Shown: piece by piece, positions 1 through 23,874 of the stretch
Layout of the letters: the number at the start of each line of letters is the position of its first letter
Numbering within the stretch: the stretch's first letter is position 1
NCBI GenBank assembly: GCA_016748015.1
Contig: JAAOMT010000571.1
Location: forward strand, 62,001-126,000
Direction of reading: 5' to 3'
Length of the DNA stretch: 64,000 nucleotides
Source: Geosiphon pyriformis uo1
Lineage: Eukaryota; Fungi; Glomeromycota
Made by a program: the position numbers and the translations under genes
Notes under the pieces: model-generated
What the model saw: only the letters and a program-made list of their open reading frames with translations
Databases searched by the model: none
Told to the model about the DNA's origin: nothing

Positions 1-72
1 GGTAAGGTGGTGGAATGTGGTACAGGATCGTTTACGCTGATTAATCCGTTGGAAAATCGAAAAAGATATTAG
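1..72 (+). CDS. RPA1: 3' end (partial) of probable RNA polymerase I largest subunit
   Basis: Frame 1 reads GKVVECGTGSFTLINPLENRKRY-TAG. This matches the C-terminal G(K)VV..GTG.F.L..PL motif of Pol I largest subunits. Only 23 codons are visible. Confidence 0.6.
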   Translation, partial: GKVVECGTGSFTLINPLENRKRY

Positions 73-129
73 AAACATTTACTGTTAGAAATAATCTTCT
101 AATTTTAGTTTACTAAACTCTTGTCCAAA

Positions 130-1232
130 AACACAAAGCTGTGATACTCCTTTTTCTTTTATTGAAAGTAATAATGTTATTGTAATAAATAAAGGTATTA
201 ATGTTGTTTTGAACAAAATAATTTAAACCTTAATTTAAAATATTAAATTGTTTATGTTTAATACTGGTTTTTTTTTAAAATAAACAACATATTAATGAAT
301 TTTAACTTAATTAAAAAAATATATTAAATAGAATTATAAACTACATAAAAACAAAGTTAAAAATAAATTTAAAAAACCACAATAAATTTTGTAATCTTTA
401 TTATAATAAAAAAGTAATTTTACAAGTTCAATTTTTAAATTTTTTAATTAAATTTTAATTTTGGGTAGTTATAATTAACTTTAAAAATTTAAAAATTCTC
501 TTATATTAACAATAAAATTAAGTACATATTTTATAAACAACATTAATAGTTAAATTATATTGTTTACAGTTAAATTAAGATTAATTGCTATAATTAAAAT
601 TGATATTTAAAAAAAAAAACAAAGCCTTATTTTCGATTTAAAAATATTATTAGTTAAAGTTTTTTTTTAAATTACTAGAAAATTATTATTGCTATAACAT
701 TAATATTAGTAATTATTTTTGGTTTGTTTTATTTTTTGGTTATTTAAAATATAATAATAATAATTAATGCAAAAATTATTAAAAAAAACAAAAACTTTAA
801 CACAAACTTTAAATTAAAAATTTTTAAGATTTTTATTAATAATAATAATAACAAAGCTAAAATTAATTTTAATGTTTTTTTGAAAGAAACTTTAATTGAA
901 AATAAATTATTAATCAAACAAAGCTGTTTTTAAAATTGAAAATTTTTTTAATTGTTGTTATCTTAATTATATTAATAAAAATATGAGTTTTTAGTTGTAA
1001 ATATTTATTATATAAATTAAAATATTATTATTTTATTTTAAACTTTAAATTATTCCAAGTTTATTAAGTTTTTAATTATTTTTAAAAAGTTTTACTTAAA
1101 AAAATATTTTTTAGTTTACTTACTATATTATACAATTAAAAATATGGGTTTAAGATTAAATATCTTGATAAATTCGGATTTAATACATTTTTTTATTTTG
1201 TAAGTTATTATAAATATATATTTTTATAACTA

Positions 1233-1269
<37 letters not shown>

Positions 1270-1500
1270 GAATATAAATTAAATTTATTCTGATTTTAAT
1301 AATAAGTGTAGTCAAGCAAAAGAACTTTTTTTTAAACATGTTAATAATTCAAGTTATTGTTTAAAAAAGTTCTTGTTAGCTACTTTCTGACAATAATAAT
1401 TAGCTATTTTCTGTTTTATTAATTGCAATGCACCTGATTTTTAATTATTATTATTATTATTATTATTTTTAATTACAATACAGAAAATTTACATTTTATT
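130..1500. mobile_element. Extremely AT-rich, CpG-depleted decayed repeat relic (family not assigned)
   Basis: Composition and residual G/C words resemble the recognisable TE relics at 24-61 kb. No domain could be read with confidence. Confidence 0.35.
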
Positions 1501-3433
1501 TTGGAAAAAAGTTTCAAAAGAGCATTTCCAGGTAGGTTAACACCCAATATTAGCAGCATTATTATTTAAAAATGATTCCAAAATCATTATAATAAATAAT
1601 CTCCAATTCAAATTAGAATAGACAGTCTCGTTTATTATTATTAACATAAATAAAGCTCCAAAGATTTTGTAAGTATATGCCATTATTTGGGGATTGATTG
1701 ATTTGGTTAATTTAATAAATTTTAATAAATTTTTTTTACGGAAAAATCAAAGATAAGGTGAAAAATTTATTTTTTTTCACAAAACTCCAGTTAATTACTA
1801 TTCAAATAATTGTACTAGAGAAGAAAATGAAAGAATTAATACTGCTGTTACTTTCAAGATCTTTAATGATTGATAATAAATTTTTTATACAACCAAAATT
1901 AATTTTGGACTTTGATTTTGAGTTTGTATATATTATTTAATAATTTAAATTACTAAAAAAACACAAAAAAGAAAAGAAAAAGATTATAGAATTTATTTGA
2001 ATAAAACAATTTATCCGAAGAAAACAAACTTTCCTGATGGCAAGTGACAACAAATTATTATTCGTTTATTAATCATTAGATTAAATATTTTTATGATACA
2101 AATTTCGGATAAACTTATTCTATGTTATCCAGTTTTAAAAGATATCTAATGATTTTAAAATGATCTTAATCTAACTATTTATCTGTATTTTATAATCCTT
2201 GCTATCGAGTAATATTAGATCTCACACTATGGGAATCATTTATTTAATTGTAAAGAAATCAGTTCAAAAAGAATTTTTAAATTTGATCAATTCGCATCCT
2301 AAGTTTATTTTGACAATATTTGGATGTTGACCAGTCTAAGAATCTTCATATGAAAATTCAATCTATTTAAATATTAAATAATTAAATGTAATTTTATTTA
2401 TAATGTTGTTTTTTTAAACCTATTAATTTTAATTTTTCACGTACCAAATTCTAACATGAAACTATTTGTCGGAAGATGAATTAAAATTTACATGATGTGA
2501 CAAATTCTAATATTTTAAAAAGATAAACGATAGGTTACAATTATATTGATTTTACGTAAAAAGATTTTATAGGGATGAGATTCAACACAAGATGAAAGAA
2601 ATGCGGTTAGTAACCCATTTCAAAGAAAATTTGGATATGTTGGGATTTTTTGAAATATTATTTGGGAAATTATGTTAAGGATTAACATTAGAAACAGTAT
2701 CATTCGGATCGTCCATAGCAGAAATATGTTGATAAGATGAAACTTTTGATTCTTGGTGATTCTTCAAACAAAAGAATGAAATTTTGTATCTGATAAGCCA
2801 AGGAAGAGGTTGACTTTTTTTGGTTGGAGGCAGATAGGTAAATTTATTTTTTAATATCTTATATATATATACATATACTTTATTTCCAAGTTTATTAATT
2901 GAAACTTTTACGAAATGGGCATGGTACGATGATGTTATCTACTTTTTTGGCTTAATAATCAAAATGATAACTAGAATAAATTATTAGAAACCGAAAGTAT
3001 TACATCTTTTGAACCTCAAATGGAAACGAAGAAATTTCATGATTAAAAACATTCCCTGTTCTGAATTTAAATAGAACATCAAAATCTGAACAATCTAATA
3101 ACGCCACTTTACTTTGTTGAACTGTGGTTAATTTTCTTTGAAATTCAATTATACAATAAAAGAGATTAAAAAACTTTGAAACTACTGAATCAATATTCAA
3201 AGCTTTTAACATTCTCTCTATCTACAACAATTAAATGAATTACAGTCATTGAAAACCATAATTATTTAGGAACAGTGAAACTAGACCTTTTTTAATAAAT
3301 ACTTTTATAGAATGAAATGTAAATTAGAATTTTTGTAATTTTGAAAAAGGTGTGATTTGAGGTAAAGAAAAATGAGAGATTTTGTTTTTAGGTAATACTA
3401 GAAATTTTAAAAAGGAAATTTTTTTCAATCTCA

Positions 3434-14915
<11,482 letters not shown>

Positions 14916-15514
14916 CTCTCAAATTTTTATTTTATTGTTGAAGAGTTTTTAATAGTTTGGAGGATTTCTAAATTTATAGTTTTTTTTATTTGTTGCAAGA
15001 TCAAAAACGCACCAAATCGCGCGTGCTCACACGCATATGCATACACACGGTGGTGCTCAAGTATTATTGTTTAAGGAAAGAGGATTTTTATTATTATTAC
15101 TGAGAGTATCTTTATTTTGCCCTCAAAAATTTAGCAACGTGAAAAGGAACGTGTGTTTTGGTTTGGTAGATGCAAAGATTTAAAGGAGAAATTTGAAGGA
15201 AATCTAGTAATTTACCTAAGGAAAGTATGATCAGATGAAGTAGTTTTGAATTAAGACAGTGGTTTTAAGGAAGTGTGCTACGATCCTGTATACTCCTTAT
15301 TATTATTGTTGTTGAGAAATTTAATATTTGATGTATTACGACACTCTTCCATTTCTGAGAGATGATCATCATGACCAATCAAGAAGAGAAGCAAAATAAT
15401 TATTCATTTATTTAAAAAAATTAATATATATATATATATATATAAAATAACTAAATTGTTTAAATTTAAAAAATTAAGCATAAAATAATTTTCCAAATAT
15501 ATTTTAAAAATTAA

Positions 15515-15515
<1 letters not shown>

Positions 15516-15588
<73 letters not shown>
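15516..15588. repeat. (AAT)n microsatellite in the intergenic AT block
   Basis: Perfect trinucleotide run of about 24 units. Confidence 0.9.
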
Positions 15589-15589
<1 letters not shown>

Positions 15590-16151
15590 TTTAAATACAA
15601 AAATTATTTTTTTACAATAAAATTTAATTAAAAAAAATTTCTTAAATATTAAATTAATAAAACAATATCAAAAATAAAAGTTGTAAATATTTTATTCTTT
15701 GTTTCAAATATAATCATAAAAATATAAAAAAAAAGCATTTTTTAATTTAATTTACTTTTTATTTATTCATTTTATATATATTTTTTTAAATATTTTAATA
15801 ATGGTTGTTTTATAATTTTGTAATAATTAAATTATTAATATAAAATTTTATAAAAAAGATTTTTTTTTAATAATAATAAATTTATAATCAATTATAATAA
15901 AATATTATTATTTATTATATTTTATATATAATATAAAATTATATAATTAAAATTAATTGCAATTAAATAATGAATAATTAAAATATTGTTTAATAAAAAG
16001 TTTCTAATTTTCATTTTATATATATTAAAATTGAGAGCCTCAAATATTGGTCTATTTATTTATTTATTTATTTATTTTGAGATTAATAAATTCACAGAAT
16101 AAAATTAAAACATTATATCCTAAAAAAATTTTCTTTTTCCAATACAATTTA

Positions 16152-16222
16152 GCCGTTGTAGTATAGTGGCAGTACATTGCGTTGTGGCCGCACTGACCCT
16201 GGTTCGATTCCAGGCAACGGCA
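16152..16222 (+). tRNA. tRNA-His(GTG)
   Basis: Acceptor stem GCCGTTG/CAACGGC-A, D arm TAGTATAGTGG, anticodon arm TGCG-TTGTGGC-CGCA, T loop GGTTCGATTCC. No intron. G-1 is not encoded, as expected for eukaryotic tRNA-His. Confidence 0.95.
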
Positions 16223-16606
16223 CGTGAATATTGATCTCATCCTATTATGGATAAAAAGTTTTTTCAATAATTGAGTGTGGGTACTGTCCATAATTTTTGG
16301 GGTTTGTTATATCAGATATGTATACCATAATCTGTGATCATCATATAAATATGAGTCAAACATTTTGATGTAATTTCCAGCTCATACCGGAAATATTGAC
16401 ATTTTCTCACCCCCATGTGAAACTTGCATATGTCCCCATCTGTAATGTACGTAACGCGGTTTAATAAATTTCTCCATCGGTTATCCGAGATGATCAAATT
16501 TTTGGGTTCTTGGGGCAAACAACTTCGGTCTTTTGATTTTGAAAAGTGATACTAGATACACTTTTCAAAAACGCAAACAATATTTTCCACATATAAACAG
16601 CTCAAC

Positions 16607-16732
16607 ATGAGTGTCTTTTATAATAATTCACTTTGTGCTCAGGGAATTTGTTTCCTTCAAAGAAGTTGGACGACAGAGGAAAACATTTTCATTCGCCAAA
16701 CACCTAAATTTGAAGAAAGCTCGTCGTCATGA
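16607..16732 (+). promoter_or_regulatory. Candidate 41-codon uORF whose TGA overlaps the ACC1 start (ATGA)
   Basis: [49 protein letters not shown]-like ATATAAA lies just upstream at 16591-16597, so the uATG may fall outside the mRNA. Confidence 0.35.
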
Positions 16733-19700
16733 CTGAAATAATTGAACAATTTATTGGTAAGCTGGTGAAAATTGTGATTCTTTCTGTGAATTCCTATGTC
16801 TTTGAAAATTTTTTAAAAGAACCAAATTAAGACCATGTTACATTAGCATTTTCCCAGTAAAAATTGTCCCATTGGTGAAATCCAAAATCCTAACCTTTAA
16901 AAACATATCTCAATTCTAGGCCTAAATAACATTCAGGATGCACCACGGGGTCCTGTTCGTGATTTCGTGGAAAATCACAATGGACACACTGTCATTACAA
17001 AGATTTTGATTGCCAATAATGGTATTGCGGCAGTAAAAGAAATACGATCCGTTCGAAAATGGGCTTATGAAACATTTGGCGATGAACACGTCATTCAATT
17101 CACAGTCATGGCCACGCCAGAGGACTTGAAGATTAATGCAGAATATATTCGAATGGCTGATCAGTACATTGAAGTCCCAGGAGGCTCAAACAATAATAAT
17201 TATGCAAATGTGGCTTTAATTGTGGACATAGCAGAGAGAACAGGAGTAGATGCTGTTTGGGCAGGATGGCAAGTTGAAATATCAAATCCAAATATAATTA
17301 AAAAACTCTATCTATATATATAAATACGAATTTTTAATACTCATTGAAAACTTTAACAGGGGTCACGCATCAGAAAATCCTCGATTGCCCGATTCACTTT
17401 CGCTCAGTAAAAATAAAATTGTATTTATCGGCCCACCCGGATCATCCATGAGATCATTGGGTGATAAGATTTCATCGACCATTGTGGCACAATCAGCCAA
17501 TATACCTACCATGGATTGGAGTGGTAGTGGTTTAACTCATACTGAAAAAAACAAGCACGGACATGTGATGGTCCCTGATCATATTTACGAAAAAGCTTGC
17601 ATTAAAAGTCCTGAAGATGGTCTTGAAAAAGCAAAATCAATTGGTTTTCCGGTAATGATCAAAGCATCCGAAGGAGGTGGCGGCAAAGGCATACGTAAAG
17701 TAGAATCACCAGATAATTTCGAGCAAGCTTTCAATCAGGTATTAGGGGAAGTACCTGGATCACCTATATTTATCATGAAATTAGCGGGAAATTCTCGTCA
17801 TCTTGAGGTGCAAGTTTTAGCCGATCAATATGGAAATGCCATATCATTATTTGGTCGTGATTGCTCTGTGCAGAGACGACATCAAAAAATCATTGAAGAA
17901 GCACCCGTTACTATCGCCGGGGCAGAAACATTCGAGGCAATGGAAAAAGCAGCTGTTCGGCTCGCCAAAATGGTTGGCTATGTCAGTGCTGGCACAGTTG
18001 AATATTTGTACAATCAGGATAGAGATTTCTTTTGTTTTCTTGAATTAAATCCTCGATTACAAGTTGAGCATCCCACCACTGAAATGGTGTCCGGAGTGAA
18101 TCTACCTGCGGCCCAGTTACAAATCGCAATGGGTATACCACTTCATCGTATACGCGATATTCGTGTTCTTTACGGCGTCGAACCGAATGGTACATCAGAG
18201 ATTGATTTCAGTTTCTCAAATCCTCAATCTCTCCAAACACAACGGAAACCTGCTCCAAAAGGTCACGTAATTGCTGTTCGTATCACGGCTGAGAATCCTG
18301 ATGCAGGTTTCAAACCTAGTAGTGGGATGGTGCATGAATTAAATTTTCGTAGTAGTACCAATGTGTGGGGCTATTTTTCGGTGAATTCAGCTGGGGGTCT
18401 ACATGAATTTGCTGATTCCCAATTTGGCCATATATTTGCATATGGCGAGAATCGACAACAAGCACGTAAAAATATGGTGATTGCTTTAAAAGAACTTTCT
18501 ATCAGAGGTGATTTTCGAACTACGGTGGAATATCTCATTAAATTACTTGAAACGCAAGCTTTCGAGGAGAACACTTTTACCACTGGTTGGTTAGATATGC
18601 TTATTTCTGATGATAATTTAACGGCAGAACGACCTGAAAAAATGTTGGCAGTCATATGTGGAGCCGTCACAAAAGCTTACACATTATCTTCCGAAATTCA
18701 CAATGAATATCGGCGATTTTTAGAAAAAGGACAAATTCCCAATAAAAATATCCTAAGAACAGTGTTTACAATTGATTTCATACACGATGGAGTTCGTTTT
18801 AAATTTACTGCCACCCAATCAGGACCGCATTCTTTTACCTTATATTTAAATGGTTCTAAAACTCAAGTTTCGGTGCGACCACTTTCTGATGGTGGCTTAT
18901 TAGTCTTGTTAGATGGCAAAAGTCATACCTGTTATTTTCGTGAAGAAGTTCAAGGTACTAGAATGATGATTGATAGCAAGACATGTCTTTTGGAACAAGA
19001 AAATGATCCTACACAATTAAGATCTCCTTCACCTGGTAAACTTGTACGCTTCCTGGTTGAATCAGGCGATCATGTGAATCAAGGACAGGGATACGCAGAA
19101 ATTGAGGTGAGTGAGACTTGAAAGCTTATCAACTTCTTTTATTCCAAAGTTAATCAATATATCCCTGGATACATCGTTATCAGGTGATGAAAATGTATAT
19201 GCCTCTCATCGCAAGTCAAGATGGCATTGTACAATTCATTAAGCAGCCAAATGCTACCCTTGAAGCTGGTGACATAATTGGGATTCTAACTCTAGATGAT
19301 CCCACTCGTGTTCGTCATGCACAACCTTATGAGGGACAATTGCCACCAATGAACCCCCCTGTTCTCCTTGGAGATAAACCTCATCAAAGATTCCGGGAAG
19401 TTATTCATATTTTTGAGTGTATTCTCAATGGATATGATAATCAAGCTTTACTACAGAGTAACATGAAAGAATTAATGGAACTTTTGAGAAATCCACAGCT
19501 TCCGTATTTGGAATTTGATGCAGCCTTATCTAATTTATCTGGTCGAATTCCAACGAAATTGGATTCGTCTCTTCATCGTATCACTCGTGAATCACAAGAA
19601 AAAAATCTAGAATTTCCCTCCCAAAAGTTAAAAGATCTGATTAACGATTATGCACGTGATTTTGTTAATTCCGTTGACGTCATTAACTTCACAAATACAG

Positions 19701-22700
19701 TCAATCCATTGATGGAAGTTGTGGATCGTTATATTCTCGGCCTGAAATATCATGAATGGTCAGAGATTTGTCATTTTCTCAACATGTATCACGAGGTAGA
19801 AGTCTTATTCACAAAGTCTAAAAAGCGTGAAGAGGACGTGGTTCTTTCTCTTCGGGAAAAATATAAGGATAATGTTGATAAAGTCATTTCGATCGTTTTA
19901 TCGCATTCGAAAATTGGAGCAAAAAACAATTTGATCCTTCATTTGCTTGATCAAGTTAAACCAGCGACCGTTTCACAGGCTCTCGATAAGTTTTTCTCGC
20001 CAGTTTTAAAAAAATTGACTGAACTTGATGGACGTTCTACATCCAAAATCGCTTTGAAGGCTCGTGAGTTGCTCATTCATTGTCATCTACCCTCCTATGA
20101 AGAAAGAATGTCACAAATGGAACAAATATTGAAGGCAGCAGTCATTGAAAGTCATTATGGGGATGATGGATATGATTATCGCCCTCCGAGTTATGATTCA
20201 CTCAAGGAATTGATTGACACTAAATTTGCGGTATTCGATGTTCTTCCGAACTTTTTTTATCATCAAGATAATTGGATACGATTAGCTGCTTTGGAAGTAT
20301 ATGCACGTCGAGCTTATCGAGCTTATCAAATCTTGAACGTGGAATATTATACAGATCATGTCCCTTTCATGGTTTCATGGAATTTCACTCTTCATGCTAC
20401 TTCACCCATGACTCCCACTACTAATCAGAGTTTCAGTATGAGGAGAGTTGGATCTATATCAGATATGAATTATATGATATCACGCGCAGAATCGGAACCA
20501 GTTCGAGTTGGCGCCATGATGTCATGCACATCCCCGGAAGAAATTGAGGCAAATTTACCCAGAATATTGGCAATTTTTCCAAAACTGAAAAAACCTAAAA
20601 CCAATGATTCTTCCTTAAACGAAGATATTGATAATCATATATTAAGTATCGCTTTGCAATTAACCGAAGATTCAATGAATGACGAGGAATTGAAGCAAAA
20701 ACTTCAGCCTCTTATTCAAGCACATTCTTGGGAATTTCGTGAACTAGGAATTCGTCGTCTCACCGTGCTTTTATTCCGAAAAGGGCTTTACCCAGGATAT
20801 TTTACTTTCCGAGAAGTGGGAGGTTTCGCCGAAGATCAAACAATTCGTCATATTGAACCTGCGATGGCTTATCAGCTTGAATTGGGGAGATTATCTAATT
20901 TCGATATTAAACCATGTTTCATTTCCAATCGACAAATTCACGTATATTATGCCGTGGGCAAAGAAAACACGTCGGATTGTCGTTTCTTCATTCGAGCATT
21001 GGTTCGTCCTGGTCGTTTACGTAATAGTGTTCGTACTGCGGACTATTTAATTTCGGAATCCGATAGACTTTTGAACGATATTTTAGATTCATTAGAAATT
21101 GTGAGCTCGGAGCATAAAAATTCCGATTGTAACCATTTATTCATCAATTTCATTCCAAACTTCGTATTGGAATATCAAGAAGTAGAAGATGCGTTACAAG
21201 GTTTTATCGATAGACATGGTAAAAGACTCTGGAGACTCCGTGTGACTGGAGCCGAGGTACGATTCAAAGTTGAAGATCCGAAACGTGGAGGATATTATCC
21301 TTTACGTGTGATCATCAACAATGTATCCGGTTTCGTTCTTAAAGTTGAATCGTATCAAGAAGTGAAAACTGAACGTGACACCTGGATTTTAAAATCTATG
21401 GGACCACCTGGGTCGATGCATTTGCAACCGATTAATACGCCTTATGCTATCAAAGAATGGCTTCAGCCTCGTCGATACAAGGCTCATTTAATGGGTACTA
21501 CTTATGTGTATGATTTTCCAGAGCTATTTCGACAAGCTTTGCTCAGCCAATGGAATCTTGTTGCGCAAGATATTTCAATTCCGAGCAATCTACTGGAAGC
21601 TAAAGAATTAGTTTTAGACGATAAAGATGAGCTACAAGAAGTTGAACGCAGCGCTGGCACTAATAGTTGTGGTATGGTGGCCTGGGTATTTACTTTATTC
21701 ACCCCAGAGTATCCAAAAGGTCGGAAGATGATTGTTATTGCGAATGACATTACCTATCAAATTGGCTCCTTTGGACCCGCTGAGGATCAATTCTTTTTCA
21801 AAGCCTCAGAGATGGCCAGAGAATTAGGAATTCCTCGAATTTATCTCTCGGCTAATTCTGGTGCTAGAATTGGTCTAGCTGATGAAATTATTAATCATTT
21901 CAATGTTGCTTGGAATGACAAAGAAGATCCTACTAGAGGGGTTAAATATTTATACCTGGATTCTGCCACATATAAACAATTAAATCAGAATGGAAAGGAA
22001 TCTTTGATCGCAGAAGAAATTGAGGATGATGGTGAAAATCGATATAAAGTAACCGATATTATCGGATTTCAGGATGGATTGGGCGTTGAATGTTTAATGG
22101 GCTCAGGGTTAATAGCGGGAGCAACCTCTCGAGCTTATGAAGATATTTTTACCATCACCTTAGTCACATGTCGATCAGTTGGTATCGGGGCATACCTTGT
22201 ACGATTAGGGCAACGTACAATCCAAAATGAGGGGCAACCAATTATTTTGACAGGAGCACCAGCTCTTAATAAAGTTTTAGGACGGGAAGTGTACACTTCT
22301 AATCTTCAACTTGGTGGAACGCAAATTATGTTCAAGAATGGAGTATCCCATCTTACAGCACAAAATGATTTGGAAGGGATTAGCAAGATCGTTCAATGGC
22401 TTTCCTATGTTCCTGCCAAGCGTGGGGTACCGGTGCCAATCACCATTAGCTCCGATAATTGGGATCGTGAAATTGATTATGTTCCACCAAAAAATCCATA
22501 CGATCCGAGATGGTTCCTCGCTGGAAAATATGAAATTGAAGGAAATAACGATAGCTGGTTAAGCGGCTTCTTTGATCGTAATTCATTTGTAGAAACATTG
22601 AGTGGATGGGCTAAGACTGTGGTATGTATAAATTAAATTTTTGGGACAAAAACTGAATATTCAAAGGAGATTTTATTTTAATCATTCGAATTAATACAAA

Positions 22701-23874
22701 TTATTTTAAGGTTGTTGGTCGAGCACGTCTTGGTGGAATCCCTATGGGTGTAATCGCCGTAGAAACTCGTAGCCTGGAACATCTTGTGCCAGCTGATCCA
22801 GCGAATACAGACTCAAGGGAACAAATGTTCACGGAAGCGGGACAAGTTTGGTACCCCAATTCTGCTTATAAAACCGCTCAAGCAATAAATGATTTCAATA
22901 AAGGGGAAGAACTACCATTAATAATTTTTGCAAACTGGCGCGGATTCTCTGGCGGACAACGTGACATGTATAACGAAATCCTCAAATACGGGGCATATAT
23001 TGTTGATGCTTTGGCGAATTATAAGCGGCCTGTATTTGTTTACATTATTCCTAACGGAGAACTTCGAGGTGGAGCTTGGGTTGTAATCGATCCAGCGATC
23101 AACAAAACTTATATGGAAATGTATGCTGATACGAAATCGAGAGCAGGCGTTTTAGAACCGGAAGGAATAGTAGAAATCAAATTCCGTCGACCGCAATTGC
23201 TTGCCACAATGGAAAGACTTGACCCAACTTATCGTTTATTGAAAAAATCGATTGATGTTCCAAATCTTTCGGAGATTGAGCTTCAAGATATAAAGACACG
23301 TTTAGATGCGCGTGAGCGTGAACTTTTACCTGTTTATTCGCAAATTGCGCTCCAATTTGCCGAACTACATGACACTCCAGGAAGAATGAAAGTTAAAGGT
23401 GCCGTAAGAAAGGTCTTAGAGTGGAAACAAAGTCGTCGATTCTTTTATTGGCGTGTTCAAAGACGTTTACACGAAGAGTACATGCTCAAAAAATTAGCTG
23501 ATGCCAACCCACTACTTACCAGGGAACAAACGCGACAACATATGATTAATTGGTTCCACACCGATGTTGATGCGAACACGGATTGGGAAGAAGCTGATAG
23601 GGATGTTGTGGGTTGGTTCGAGAATATGATTGGTATAGCGAACAATAGTACGACCTCATCATCATTGCTAAAATCGCGTATTAATAAATTAAGAGACGAC
23701 GCGATCGCACTTCGTGTCATCGAATTAACTAGAATCAATCAAACAGCGGTTTCAGAAGGCTTGGCCAAAGCCTTACTCGAAGATATGAACTTGGAGGAAA
23801 GAAAAACTTTTCTACGGAAATTGGCTGGAATGGTCAATTCGAAAGCTAAACAAGAAATTGAGAATTCAAATTAG
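16729..23874 (+). CDS. ACC1: Acetyl-CoA carboxylase (BC-BCCP-central-CT), 5 exons, 2241 aa
   Basis: join(16729-16756, 16920-17268, 17360-19106, 19184-22621, 22711-23874) = 6726 nt. Motifs: [36 protein letters not shown], biotinylation EVMKM (split by intron 3), [22 protein letters not shown]. Confidence 0.97.
17269..17359 (+). other. GC-AG intron in ACC1
   Basis: TG|GCAAGT...AACAG|G restores the invariant AVWAGWGHASENP. Confidence 0.9.

Noticed and set aside
1758-1940. 60-aa ORF (and similar 41342-41551, 16064-16291)
   Set aside because: Low-complexity F/I/K/L translations of AT-rich DNA; one overlaps the tRNA antisense.
2600-3230. 70-aa minus-strand ORF (3000-3212) with splice-like flanks
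   Set aside because: No recognisable motif, and the putative neighbouring exons hit stops in all phases tried; could be UTR or a pseudogene.
16650-16728. Non-AUG N-terminal mitochondrial extension of ACC1 (Hfa1-like)
   Set aside because: In-frame TGA at 16711-16713, six codons upstream of the ATG.
17830-23738. Short overlapping or antisense ORFs within ACC1 (and similarly within the RasGAP)
   Set aside because: Expected shadows of a long coding sequence; no independent motifs.
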